A stretch of DNA of 58,624 nt, the filler included, from Sphacelaria rigidula (lineage: Eukaryota), in assembly GCA_964200075.2 (NCBI GenBank). It is 4 parts of 4 records of this genome, joined end to end, with 100 filler letters (N's around TTAATTAATTAA, not from the genome) between each part and the next. Parts side by side here need not be neighbours in the genome. Positions count along the whole stretch, not along the records: positions 14,683 to 29,264 come from CAXNAA020002165.1; positions 29,365 to 43,944 come from CAXNAA020002166.1; 2 more parts are not named here. One strand, 5' to 3'. This document shows positions 24,150 to 35,192 of the stretch, piece by piece. The translations under genes were made by a program, and so were the position numbers. The notes under the pieces are model-generated. The model was not told where the DNA came from, ran no database searches, and worked only from the letters and a program-made list of their open reading frames with translations. Every line of letters starts with the position of its first letter. Positions within the stretch are counted from its first letter, which is position 1.

Positions 24150-25183
24150 CCGCCTCTTCCATCTGTCATGATGTCGTAGAGCTTCAGCTTCGTGCCCATC
24201 AAGTACCGAACAGGCGTACGAGAGCATACCTCGGGTTTAACGCACACCAGCGAGTGGTCTGCGTCTGAGCGTTCGTGGTTGCCGGGTCAATAGTCGTGCT
24301 TCCATTTCACCTGACATAGAGACGGCTGGGTGTGAAATGTGATCCGTTCTTCAATCCAGGCCAGTGCGTTGGGACACGTGACCTCCAGTAGATCTGATCG
24401 CGGCTTCCTGCTGGACACGCTGGGAGACGGCAGCATGGCATAGGTGGATGCCGGATACGCGAGGGGGGTGGATACCCATCAGACTCTATTTTCATACACA
24501 CGGGATGCTCGGCAGCCGACGCATCATCGCGACTGAGCGTTGATGAAAGTATTCCGTCTTCAGATTGGTGAATGTTGTGATGGGTATGTCTGTCCGTGGC
24601 ACTTGTGGGGGGGAATACTGTTCGTATGCGCATCATCGGCATCCACCTCAGTCATCATGACTCACATGCGGTGCGGCTCTCCATTTTCTATGGCGTCCTC
24701 TCGCCTCCTCTTCGCGCCATAAAACGCTTCTCGGCTCAGGAGCCCTTCAATGAACTCTTTGGCATCTGCATATGTTGTGGATTTCCCGCACATAGCGCCT
24801 AAAATGGACCTGCGGATCTGCCTTCCTCCCTCAGAGGCGACGATATCTGGCTCGGACAGTTTTGCCCAAAGTTCACGGATGCTGTCGCATATCGCGCTAT
24901 CACCGTTCCTCCTCTTTCTGCCATTTGCCAGGTTGGAATCAATCAGGTTCACAAACCGCGGGTGTTTCTGGAGGAGAGACGTCGTGAGCTCCCTTATTTC
25001 GTCGCATGTCGCCTCTGTATTCAGCCACTTCTGCTCTTCCTCTGAACCCACAGCGTTGAGAAATACGTCTGCGGCTTTGCACAGTGATTGTTTTAGGTTC
25101 CATCCTGATGTCCTCCCCATTACTTGAGGTCGGTCTCGCCCCTCAGTCCTGGGTGATATCAAATACGTATTGAGGTGTGACAT
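24150..25183 (-). pseudogene. N-terminal fragment of a DNA-transposase-like gene (Sola-like, tentative)
   Basis: 173-aa helical ORF (RQIRRSILGAM..EFIEGLLSREAFYGAKRR) plus a downstream AG/GT-bounded segment with RYLMGTKLKLYDIM and an internal stop. Confidence 0.35.
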
Positions 25184-25269
25184 CCTTTAGCTTTACCATA
25201 GTTCGGCCATGCGAACAAATGTTTGAGCAAGCCATACCTTGTCGGCGCCTAATCTCTTGTTCGAATTTG

Positions 25270-26480
25270 GAATGCCCTTGCCTCGCCGGCGACTGGCGAT
25301 GGCAAGCCTCGTATACGAAGGAGACCCCCTTCGAGGTCTTTGTATTTTGATATCCGTTGCGTGCCTTGAAGAAGGCGATGAAAATATGTCGGCTTATTTC
25401 TCCGTAGGGCAAGGTGATTCATCTATAGGTTAGGTTGTGTTGGCGTGTACCGTAGCAACAACGCATATCCTATTCGGGGGCGGCCTCTGACTTGATCAAA
25501 GATTGCCACGTTTGGATCTCCTTCATGTATGAGGCTCTCATGAGGCCCATCCAAGAATATAAATACTATGCTTGCTGCTTTGCCGGCGATTGGCGACGGC
25601 GAGCCTCATATACGAATGAGACTCCCTTCGAGGTTGTTATATTTGGATATCCGTTGCGTGCCTTGGAGAACGCGATGAAAAGATGTGGGTGTGGGCCTAT
25701 CTCTTCATAGGGCAAGATGATCCATCGATATATTAGGTAACGTTGGCATGTACCGTAGCAACACAACGCGTATCCTACTCGGGGGCGGCCCCTGACCTGA
25801 TCAAAGATTGTCAAGTTCGGGTCTCCTTCGTGTACAAGGCTCTCATGAGGCCCATTTAAGAATATGCATATTATGCTTGCTACGTCGTCGGCGATTGGCG
25901 ACGGGGAGCCTCATATGCGAAGGAGACTCCCTTCAAGTTCTTGGTATTTTGTTATCCGTTGCGTGCCTTATTTAAGCGATGAAAAGAAGTGGGCCTATAC
26001 CTCCATAGGGCGACATGATTCATGATTCATCGATAGATTAGGTCATGTTGGCATGTACCGTAGCAACAATGCATATCCTACTCGGGGGTGGTCTCTGACT
26101 CGATCAGAGATTGCCGAGTTTGGGTTTCCTTCGTGTATGAGGCTCTCGTGAGGCCCGTCTTACAACATTAATATTATGCTTGCTTCATCGGCGACTGGCG
26201 ATGACAAGCCTCATATACAAAGGAGACTCCCTTCAACGTCTGTGTATTTTTATTTCTGTTGTGTGCCTTGCAGGGCGCGATGAAAAGATGTGGGCCTATC
26301 CCTCCATGAGACAAGATGATTCGTTGATAGATTAGGTAACTATGTTGTTGGCATGTACCGTGGCACCACACTGCATATCCTATTCGGGAGCGGCCTCTGA
26401 CTTGATCAAAGATTGCCGAGTTTGGTTCTCCTTCGTGTATGAGGCTCTGATGGGGCCCGTCGAGGAATATAAATGTTATG
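25270..26480 (-). repeat. Four diverged tandem copies of a ~303-bp coding-like unit
   Basis: Unit boundary TATGC at 25567, 25872, 26175 and 26477. Minus strand repeats FLDGPH..IFDQVRGR..GVSFVYEA..QSP. Confidence 0.9.
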
Positions 26481-26909
26481 CCACATGTTTCTGCACGGCT
26501 ATAGCTGGAATGCCATGGTATGCATTGGCGTCTCATTTGATGTTGCAATTCATTCATTTGTTGCTCTTCGTTACAATTTGCTCGGGTTACAATTCCATCC
26601 CTGGCATTTCGAAATCGTGCTCTACGGAGGGTGGTTTCCCCTCTCGGGTGGATGAGGTGAATCGTCATTATTTCCATTGTTTTTAAAAAATAACTGATGC
26701 CAGGTCACATCATGGCCCCTGTTTGCAGACACTAGGTTCGTTGAATACCGATCCCGACAGAATTGACGTCGCATTCTCGGAACCATTACCGCACCCCTAC
26801 CATGCCATCACTTAATGTGTGGTCTCCTCCCTTGGTAGGGGTACTAATCAGTTGTCACGTCTGTATCTGCCGGGGACTATGAACAATTCTTTAATGCGGT
26901 CGTCCTGGG

Positions 26910-27694
26910 TTAATCAAGGGGAAGGTGCCCATCTGCTCAAAAATCTGGGCCGATTTTTTTCTCGTTGATTAAACCCCATGTCTAGTAATTCCTATACCTA
27001 GCGGAGAGAGTGTCCACACTAAAATCTATATGAAACCCCGAACAATAGATTAAGAGGATGATGGCAATTTTTTATGTGGACATTCCCTGGAGCACGGGGA
27101 GACGATAGATACCCTCACCTTCACCTAATTCGTAATCTATCTCGAGATATGGCGCACATAAGTTTAATACTAAAATTAGTATATTACAAGCAGAGGCACC
27201 AGATGACCTAAATCTGGATATCGCGTCTCAGTTTTTGGGAGTTGTGCTATAAAATCTGGTATGGAGAACCGCTAGTGTGTAATGAAATCAAAGTTTGAAC
27301 CCACAAACACCAAACGTGGGCCGATAAACGGCCTGCAAAATACTGTTCTAAATTTCCGCCGACCCGGTTTTTCGAAGGTAAGTTTTCGTTTTTTTTCTTG
27401 GAGTTGGACAGTGAAATTTGGTATGGACAGTCAACAGGGCATAAAGAAAAGCTGTCTGTGAGGTCCCGAAGATTTTTCAACTTTTTTCATGAGTTGAGGG
27501 CAATAATCAGTTTTGAGGTTTTGATAAAATGCCCCAAACTCATGAAAAAATGAAAACAAAACTTCGGGACCTCACAGATAGCTTTTCTTCATGCCATGTT
27601 GATTGTCCATACCAAATTTCACTTTCCAACTCCGAGAAAAAAATTGCGAATTCGCCTGCAAAGTACAAATCCGCTTGTAGGCTGGCCCAGCCTG
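26910..27694 (+). mobile_element. CGAGCTGGGC-family element (copy 2) with internal hairpin and right TIR
   Basis: Similar to 9770-10140 and 54650-55005. Internal inverted repeat ~27390-27643. Ends CGCTTGTAGGCTGGCCCAGCCTG|TA. Confidence 0.75.
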
Positions 27695-28028
27695 TATGTA
27701 TGGTGCGCACTACTGTCTCACCACTTCGTTTTTCATTTCACGTCACAAAGTTGAAAGTTCAGTGACGCATTATTTTTTTCCCCATACATATATGCTATCG
27801 TACCCTCATTACGTGCTCAAATTGCTGGCGCTAGGCAGCTGGAATTTACCGCGATTTCGGAGAGATATGGAGCCAAATGGCGTAATTTCTTTGCCTCCGG
27901 CGGCGCCCCCTCACCAGCCGGGGGGGGGGGGGAGCGTTTACGCGACTCCGCCGCGTTGCCTCACCAGTTATCCAGTTTTAACTGGTAACTGTAACTGGTT
28001 GTAATTTGAATTCTCTGAAACCAGTGCA

Positions 28029-28232
28029 CCCTTAGACCCCGGTGTGGGTTGTTCATCTGTATCACGCATATTTTGTTGAAGAGAAAAATTATGCCGATTC
28101 AGCAGGTGACCTACCCTCGCCGTCCAAGGCTTAACCCTCAGACCGCGAGGGTAGTCTTCTGTTGAATCGGCATCAATTTCAAGTGAAAAAAATTATGCAT
28201 GATCCAGAAAGACTAATCTCGCGGTCTAAGGA
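28029..28232. mobile_element. Two adjacent ~100-bp piggyBac-like MITEs in opposite orientation sharing a TTAA
   Basis: CCCTTAGAC..GTCCAAGGC|TTAA|CCCTCAGACCGCG..CGCGGTCTAAGG. Internal TGTTGAATCGGCATCAATTTC also at ~28741-28820 and, with variants, 51714-51817. Confidence 0.75.
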
Positions 28233-29040
28233 TAACTGATTGGCCAAACCAGTTCACAACTCTACTAGATATGGGCCGGTTAATGAGCCTGCCAACTACA
28301 AATTCGCTTCTCGACTGGCCCAGCTCGTACCTCTTGGGGGTGACAAGCAATGTAACGTGAAAAAACCTTCGACCGCAAAGTGTGTCGACACGTGAGCAAA
28401 CATCATGTTCCGAAAGTTCAGATGAATGCCGTTGGAATTTCCGGCCACGTTCACTTCAAAAGTGGCAGAACGATTCGTGATTTTCGATGCCGGTCATGCT
28501 ACCCCTACACCCGCAGCAACAGCATGTTCTGTACTCCGTGATCGATAACCTCAGACTCACGTGTGCTGTCGTACCGGAGCAGTCGTAGGGGAATCAACGG
28601 CATCTACTCCCGACAGTGCTGTGCTTCCACATAAGAAACTACGGACTACGAACCGGTTATGATCGAGTCCAGGAGCGCCAAACTGTATTGGACGCGAAAG
28701 TGGCGTGAGAACTGTTGTATCTTGATTCCTCAACGGTAAGAGTAGGCCATCTGTTGAATCGGCATCAATTTCACTTGAAAAAGGTTTATATCATCCAGAT
28801 AAACTACCCTCGCGGTCTACACTCGGAAGCAAGAACGACATCTATGACTTCATGACTTCCCAGCACGAGAGACACGATTTGTGGGCGTACGCCATACTCG
28901 TGACACGAACAGGATAAACTGCTTGTTAATTGACGCCTTGTTGCCTATCGATGTTGCTGTTACTGTATTGTACTATTATGCCGCATTGCAGGTTCATTGC
29001 TGCAGTACAGCACTGAAGGGAAGTTCCAAATCCTGCTCAC

Positions 29041-29264
29041 CTTCACGACTCTGACGCTCTCATTGGCAGCCACCGCGGGAGGCTCCATTGTATCAAACCT
29101 GAAGAATTGCATCCAATTGACCACCTCGCATGAGGCAAATGAGCTCTGCGTATTTTTCATTTGAAACGCCCCCACGTGTACGTTCGTCATGCCTTTGGGC
29201 ATACCCTCCGGTGCTTTCTCATGGCAGTACAGAGTGATTCCGTTAGCGCCCGCCACAGGCCGAC
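29041..29264 (-). CDS. Probable exon of unknown gene or TE, truncated by contig end
   Basis: Open frame AGANGITLYCHEK..WMQFFRFDTMEPP..VVK ends at an AAG|GTGAGC donor. Confidence 0.45.
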
Positions 29265-29364
29265 NNNNNNNNNNNNNNNNNNNNNNNNNNNNNNNNNNNN
29301 NNNNNNNNTTAATTAATTAANNNNNNNNNNNNNNNNNNNNNNNNNNNNNNNNNNNNNNNNNNNN
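29265..29364. other. Artificial 100-nt contig spacer
   Basis: N44-TTAATTAATTAA-N44. Confidence 0.97.
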
Positions 29365-29487
29365 CGGACATTTGGGGGGGAAAATGGCTTCGCTCGGTCG
29401 GAAGTGTTTCGCGTCTTCCCTGCAAAAGAGAAATGCCACTTCAACCTCAATTTATGAGAAGGACCCCATTTTCTAGGATCCACTGTT

Positions 29488-31064
29488 TAGTGGTGATATG
29501 GATAAGGACCGGGGGCACGGAGATTCTGGAGGGTTCTAGATAATGACCGGGGACACGGATATGGTATATGCAAAGGTCTAGCTGGCGCCCTGGAAGGTCA
29601 CTCCTGAATAATGGCAATGTTGTAAAGGCTGACAACTGAAACTGAGGCCAGTAAGACTGGGGAGTCCCTCAACAGCAGTGATGCAACAGTGCTCCCACTG
29701 GCTGGCGTCACAATAGCGATATTAGTGCTAGTGCTAGTGCTAGTGTTAACGCTAGAAACCTGCTAAATAGGAATTCGGCGAAAGGAGTTTGGAAGCTGAG
29801 GAAACCTGATAACCCACGGACGCGTGGAGAGGGTTCCAGCTGAGGCGGCTGCAGAAAGGCGGCTGGCCTGTGACTGATCCAGACTGGAGACTTGCTGAAG
29901 CTGCGTGCAGCGGGAGTTTGGAGGCTCCTACGACTGTGTGGTGCGGCGAAGAAGCAAGGAAAGTGCAATTCGCGAAGGTCCACTGGCCTGCAGAGGTTCG
30001 CAGGTAGCCGGTTACAGCTACAGCTGTGGCTACCTGCTCACGAGATACGTCCACCGTGACACCCGTGGTCATGCGGGAAGAATTGCAACCTCCCCGTTAC
30101 AGGGGCAGACACTCAAAGAGTGTATCTCGCACTTTTTTCACAAAATACTTGGAGTACAAGAAGCGTGTGGAGCACGCCAATGCAGGGGCTGCCGTGCAGC
30201 ATCAGGTGGTGACTATGGCTCAACAAGTGCCGACTCATGTACAGAGAGTGTTCGCTCGTTTGGAACATAACGGGAGACCCATCACCTTGCCGCAGTTGTT
30301 TGCGGCGATCAAAAAGCATGCTGGGCATGCGGCGGGCGCCGAGGTAGATCTAACCCAAGCGTCCGCTGCCGTGGCGGAAGCTGTCGCCATGGATTCTCGG
30401 GGGAAAACGATGTTGGAGCGTGTGGAGCTCATCTTGGCTAATTTGGAGATGTACTTCACGGAAAATCCGAACGTAAAACTAGTATATCGTTCCCCCGATG
30501 GAGTCATCCTACGATAGGGGGGGGGGGGTATTTTGGGTCACTTCTTGCACGAGCTTGTTATAGATATATAACGCTCGTTCATACCGATTGACACCGTTTT
30601 GAACCAAACACAAGCGCACCGCGAGTATGGCATGTCGTCTGACACGCTTCTGAGCCTCTTTTTTCGTGCAATCAAATACTACCCCCCCCTATCGTAGGAT
30701 GACTCGATGGTGAGTTCATTCCCGGCCCGCCAGTAGTAATAACTAAGGCTTTGGTGGAGGGGTTGGCACCAGAATTTTTCAAGCAAGCCGTGCTTGTCAA
30801 GGGGTGCTGTGACGAAAATGTGCCGTTACGTTGAGTTGGTAGTGATTATATGGATAATGACTGAGGGCACGGAGATTCTGGAGGGTTCTGGATATTGCTC
30901 GAGGACACGGATATGATATCTGCAGAGGTTTAGCTGGTGCCCTGGAAGGTCACTCCTGAATAATGGCAATGTTGTAAAGGCTGACAACTGAAACTGGGGC
31001 CAGTAAGACTGGGGAGTCCTTCAACCGCAGTGATGCAACAGTGCTTCCACTGGCTGGCGTCACA
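29488..31064 (+). mobile_element. LTR-gag-LTR retroelement lacking pol
   Basis: Direct repeats 29488-29712 (5'-truncated) and 30808-31064 (TGTGACG...CGTCACA). Gag-like frame 30026-30500 + 30710-30807 lies between them, with AAGGGG just before LTR2. Confidence 0.75.
30501..30705. mobile_element. Sola2-like MITE, 4-bp TSD GATG
   Basis: GATG|GAGTCATCCTACGATAGGGGGGG...CCCCCCCCTATCGTAGGATGACTC|GATG. Removal restores the gag frame SPDGEFIPGP. Confidence 0.85.
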
Positions 31065-31078
31065 CAGGTCAAGCTACT

Positions 31079-32535
31079 TTGGCTGACCATAATTTGTTTC
31101 GCGTGCGTGTTGGCAGTAGTGATGTTTTTATGATTCCGTCGGATGATAAGGTTCTACAAGCTCGCTTGATGGTGTGCGCTCACATGCGGTCGGCTGGTCA
31201 CCGTGAGGTGGCGCCAACTCTGTTTCGTTTGAAAGAATACTGTGTGTGGCCTCATATGGATTCCCACGTTCGCGAGTTCATTCACCAGTGCTTGCATTGT
31301 GTATACACTCGTGCTGGTGAGATTGTACCTCATCCGTATGGCGATACTGTGCATGGTACTGCGCCAGGTGAAGTTGTTCACTTTGATTTTCTATACGTCG
31401 GAAGTAGCGGACCTAAAGGTGCTAATGGTTTGCCTGAGGAGGATAGTTTTCGGTACGTTTTGGTTATCATGGATGATTTATCTAACTTCGTTTGCTTGGA
31501 GCCGACCGAGGCTTGCACCGCCGAGGTAACGGCTAGGCACTTGCTCCATTGGTGCAAGACTTTGGGGGTGCCGCGTGTTTGGGTTAGTGATACCGCCACC
31601 CACTTCAAGAATCGAGTGATCGCGCAGCTGAGCGATGCGCTCAAGGTGCCACACCAATTTGCTGGCGCGTATACCCCTTGGTCGAATGGTGCTTGTGAAC
31701 GCATGGTGAAAGAGGTTATTAATGCGTTGTGGTCTTTTTTGTTGGAACAACGACGGCCGGTGTCTGAATGGGTTGATGTTTTGCCAGCCGCTCAGTGGGC
31801 GTTGAGTACTTCTTTTCATGAACGCTACCGTAACACTCCGTATTGTGTGATGTTTGAGCGTGCGCGTACAGCGCTTTCTGCGCTGGCTCCTGTCACTGGC
31901 GGCGTGTGGAACGTCGATGTCATGGATGCTGGTTCGATGCGTGACAAGGTTCGTGGCGTGGTTGACGAGCAAGTGCGATTTTGTAACGAAGTGCAAGTTG
32001 CTGTCGCGGTGTCTCGCGAAACCAAACGCAACCTTGCTCAGGGCCAGGCTGTGTTGCCCAAGTTTGCAGTTGGCGATTTCGCATTGTATGCCCGTGTTCG
32101 TAGGCAAGGTGTGTGATGCCAAAGTTGATGTCCACGTGGACAGGTCCGTGGCGAGTGGTCGGAGCCGATCACGCTCACGTGTATTCGGCGCACAACATTG
32201 TTTCTGGCACCGTGCACGCGAGTCATGTCGCTCGTTTACGTTTCTATGCTGACTCGCAGCTGCACATCACTGCGGAACTTTAAGATGTATTTCAGCACTC
32301 GTATGCTCAAGGTGAATGTCGGATGAATGCTTTGGCACACTTCGCTGAGGATGACAATGGTGATGTCATTGTTTTGATCGATCGGGAAACATTCGGTGCT
32401 GAAGAACGCACGTGGGAGTCTCTTTGCAAGATTCATTTCTCTGCGCCTGAGTTGCTATTGAAGGAACTGGGTAAAATCCGGTTGACTCGGGCGCTGACCA
32501 GTAAAATGGCGTCGGAGTATGGTATTTCTTTGTGA
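31079..32535 (+). pseudogene. pol: Chromovirus-type Gypsy integrase plus chromodomain (frameshifted)
   Basis: HHCC (AH..GH..CLHC), DDE (HFDF, VSDTA, ACERM), GPY/F-like WTGPW after a frameshift near 32115, chromo-like ERTWE motif in 32323-32535. Confidence 0.9.
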
Positions 32536-32573
32536 TCTGGCGAATTCGATTTCGACTTGGTTTTTGTTGGTTG

Positions 32574-32683
32574 CACGGGTGGCCACTGGGGTGCCTGTAA
32601 CCTCAAATTTGGACGTTACAGACGTTGCACAATGTCCGTAACGTCCAAATTTAAGGGTTTAGGCACCCCAGTGGCCACCCGTG
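32574..32683. mobile_element. 110-bp palindromic MITE, CAC..GTG ends, TG flanks (CMC/EnSpm-like)
   Basis: CACGGGTGGCCACTGGGGTGCCT..AAATTTGGACGTTAC pairs with GTAACGTCCAAATTT..AGGCACCCCAGTGGCCACCCGTG. Confidence 0.8.
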
Positions 32684-32722
32684 TGTCAAGCTCGTTCGTT
32701 CGCCTTGAACTCGCTTTGAGGG

Positions 32723-33170
32723 TGTTGTAGCCAAATGATACCAAGCCGTAGGTTTCAGTATAATCGCATGCATGATTGGAGCAGTGGCAGGGGGCAGAGG
32801 ATCCTGGATTGATGGCTTTTATCTGTGTGGTCCCTTACTGCGAGCTCATGGTGTGGTCTGTGTCTGGATCACTCCGTGATAATAACAAGTGAGAAGAAAG
32901 GACTTGTCGAGCACGAGGCCAGCGATACTGGAAGACTCCCTCGTTGAAAGTTTTCTTGACCAGAGCGTCTGGTAGAGGCTATAGATCGTAATTATGTGAG
33001 GCTTGATCACTAATTCCCGAACAGCTGTTGCTGTTGAATGTTTGAGAGGAATGTCTTCAGCGTGATTTACGAAATGAATTCAGGACAAACTTGCTAAAAT
33101 CCTTTCCTTGGGGGTGTGGCTTGCTATACTACTGCAGTACTACCACAGTTGGGGCTTCAGCTGGGATTCG
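32723..33170 (+). mobile_element. LTR (32723-33147) followed by tRNA-Pro-like PBS
   Basis: TGTTGTAG...CTACCACA inverted termini, preceded by purine GAGGG and followed by TGGGGCTTCAGCTGGGATT, which resembles the complement of a tRNA-Pro 3' end. Confidence 0.55.
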
Positions 33171-35192
33171 TTTTACTCAAGCTGTCGGGTTCTCTCTCTC
33201 GTACACTCTATGCAACGCTGTTTTCACACCAACCTACATTTTGTTTTTAAGCCTGCGTACGTTTTGATCCGTTTTGTTTTCCACTCGAAATCTGTGTGCA
33301 CGTTTCGTCGGTGTGTTCCACATTGCAAAATCGAGGGATCAGCTGGCTTTTTAGTGTCAACTGTCTTCCTTTCTACTTGGTTCGACCGACATTCCGACTC
33401 TGGTTTAACTGTAGGTGTACGATGTCTCATGCAGTACCCACACCCGTCTCAGGCGATAACGAGCGGACCATAAGACGCTTGAGGCGCGCACGCACACGCG
33501 ATCTCTCTCTTGCTACACACTCCAATCCCCCCATCCGCAACCACGGTGCACATCAACCTACCGTGGTGGATTCGCTCTCTCTTATACCGCTATACACGGC
33601 ACAGAGAACGAATCACATTGTCATGCGCAGTCGAACCGAACTGTTTTTTTTTTATCATTTCTCAACCACAGTCGAGTCTCTACAGACAGAGCTGCTCACA
33701 AATTCCTCTTTTCAATACGCCCCTTCCGGGCCCGTGGCGTTTTCAAGGTTTCCCCAACCAAGCGTCCCCGCATGCGCACACGCTCACTGCTCGTCGATCC
33801 TGTATCAACCAAACCGGCCGACCTGTATGTAACACAAGCCGATCTATACTTCCAGGCAGGGTGTACGCGAGCTTCTTCAATCTCATCCTGCTGTACAGGC
33901 GATGATTTTTTCTCTTACCACGGAACGTTGCAGCCAACTGCTCGATATTTACACCGATGTTGCATCGATGTCACATATGCACCTGTTAGATGAAATTCTC
34001 TCTATACACAAACATGATTGAATACATGCGAGGTTCATACTACTTGTACACAAGCTCCCACTCCTGTACCCTTTGTCACTCTAACACAGTACGAGTGTAC
34101 CCTACATTTTGCTTTGATTGCTACCCCACCATATACAAGCACTACAGCACGTACTGATCGTCCAGGGTACGGCGTATATTCTGCTGCTGAAAACTTGTTC
34201 CGAACTGAAGTACTGACCGATGCACATTATTACCGTTCGATTCACACGTGGTCTGCACCGTAGAAACAAATGCAAACGGTGAGATGCCGTGCTGTACCGT
34301 ACGTTGGTGCTGCCGTCCCATCTGAACACTGTCATCTACATTGCACTGTAGACATGACCGTTCACGGCGTGGTAATAGTGCTGTGGCATGTGCTCTCTGT
34401 GCCATACGAACAAACTGACGTCTGTACTGCACTGTTGAACCGACCCTGTGCTGCACCACATGGAGATAATATCGCGCTGTATCGTGCCACGCAGCACTGT
34501 GTTGTCTGGTGCTTTGTACGTATACTGCTGTCTGCACTGCACTAAAGATATACGACACGATTGTTTCTTGTACATGTATTGGCCATCTACCTGCACGATG
34601 ACACGTCATCGAAACCCCAAATCGGCAATTTCAGCGGACGACACGGTACTGTAAACGAGTATCGCCAGCTGAGCTGATGCCTCATACAAATGCGGCATGC
34701 GACAGTTGTAATTACCATAACCTCAACAAGTTTTCAAACCAGGGCTTGGCTGTCGGACGTTGCGGTTCACTGTGCCCTAAACGTATCCTTTCATGGCTTG
34801 CAGGATTGTAAAACTAGTATGGCGCTAGTCACAGTCACTGTATGGTGGTTGATTGTGTTCTACAACACCAACCATCGTTTTTGTTTTATTTTTACAGTTT
34901 ATTCACCAGCACTCACACAAATACTGTTTATTGTGTGCCTCATACATTTTTACCTCGCCAATACCTAATTGAAAGAGGTGGTAGGCCGAATGAATGAGCG
35001 AAATGCACTTAGCTACATGTCGAACAAAACTGTCGGCAGTACTCTGCCATCCTCTCCCTTTTATTTTGGTCCCCGTCACCTCAGCTCCTCAACAGCTGTT
35101 ATGTATATACTTGCACGACGAGACGTTCACTTATCAATCTTCTAATAATCTTTACGTTATCGGTCTTGCGCAATTGTGCAGGTATACAGGCC

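Noticed and set aside
25270..26480. CRISPR-like array
   Set aside because: Whole ~303-bp units are homologous, with no unique spacers and no cas genes, in a eukaryotic context.
28830..28925. SWIM-like CSC motif suggesting a MULE transposase with 29041-29264
   Set aside because: Second C-x-H is absent and the frame is not compatible with the upstream donor, so too weak to call.
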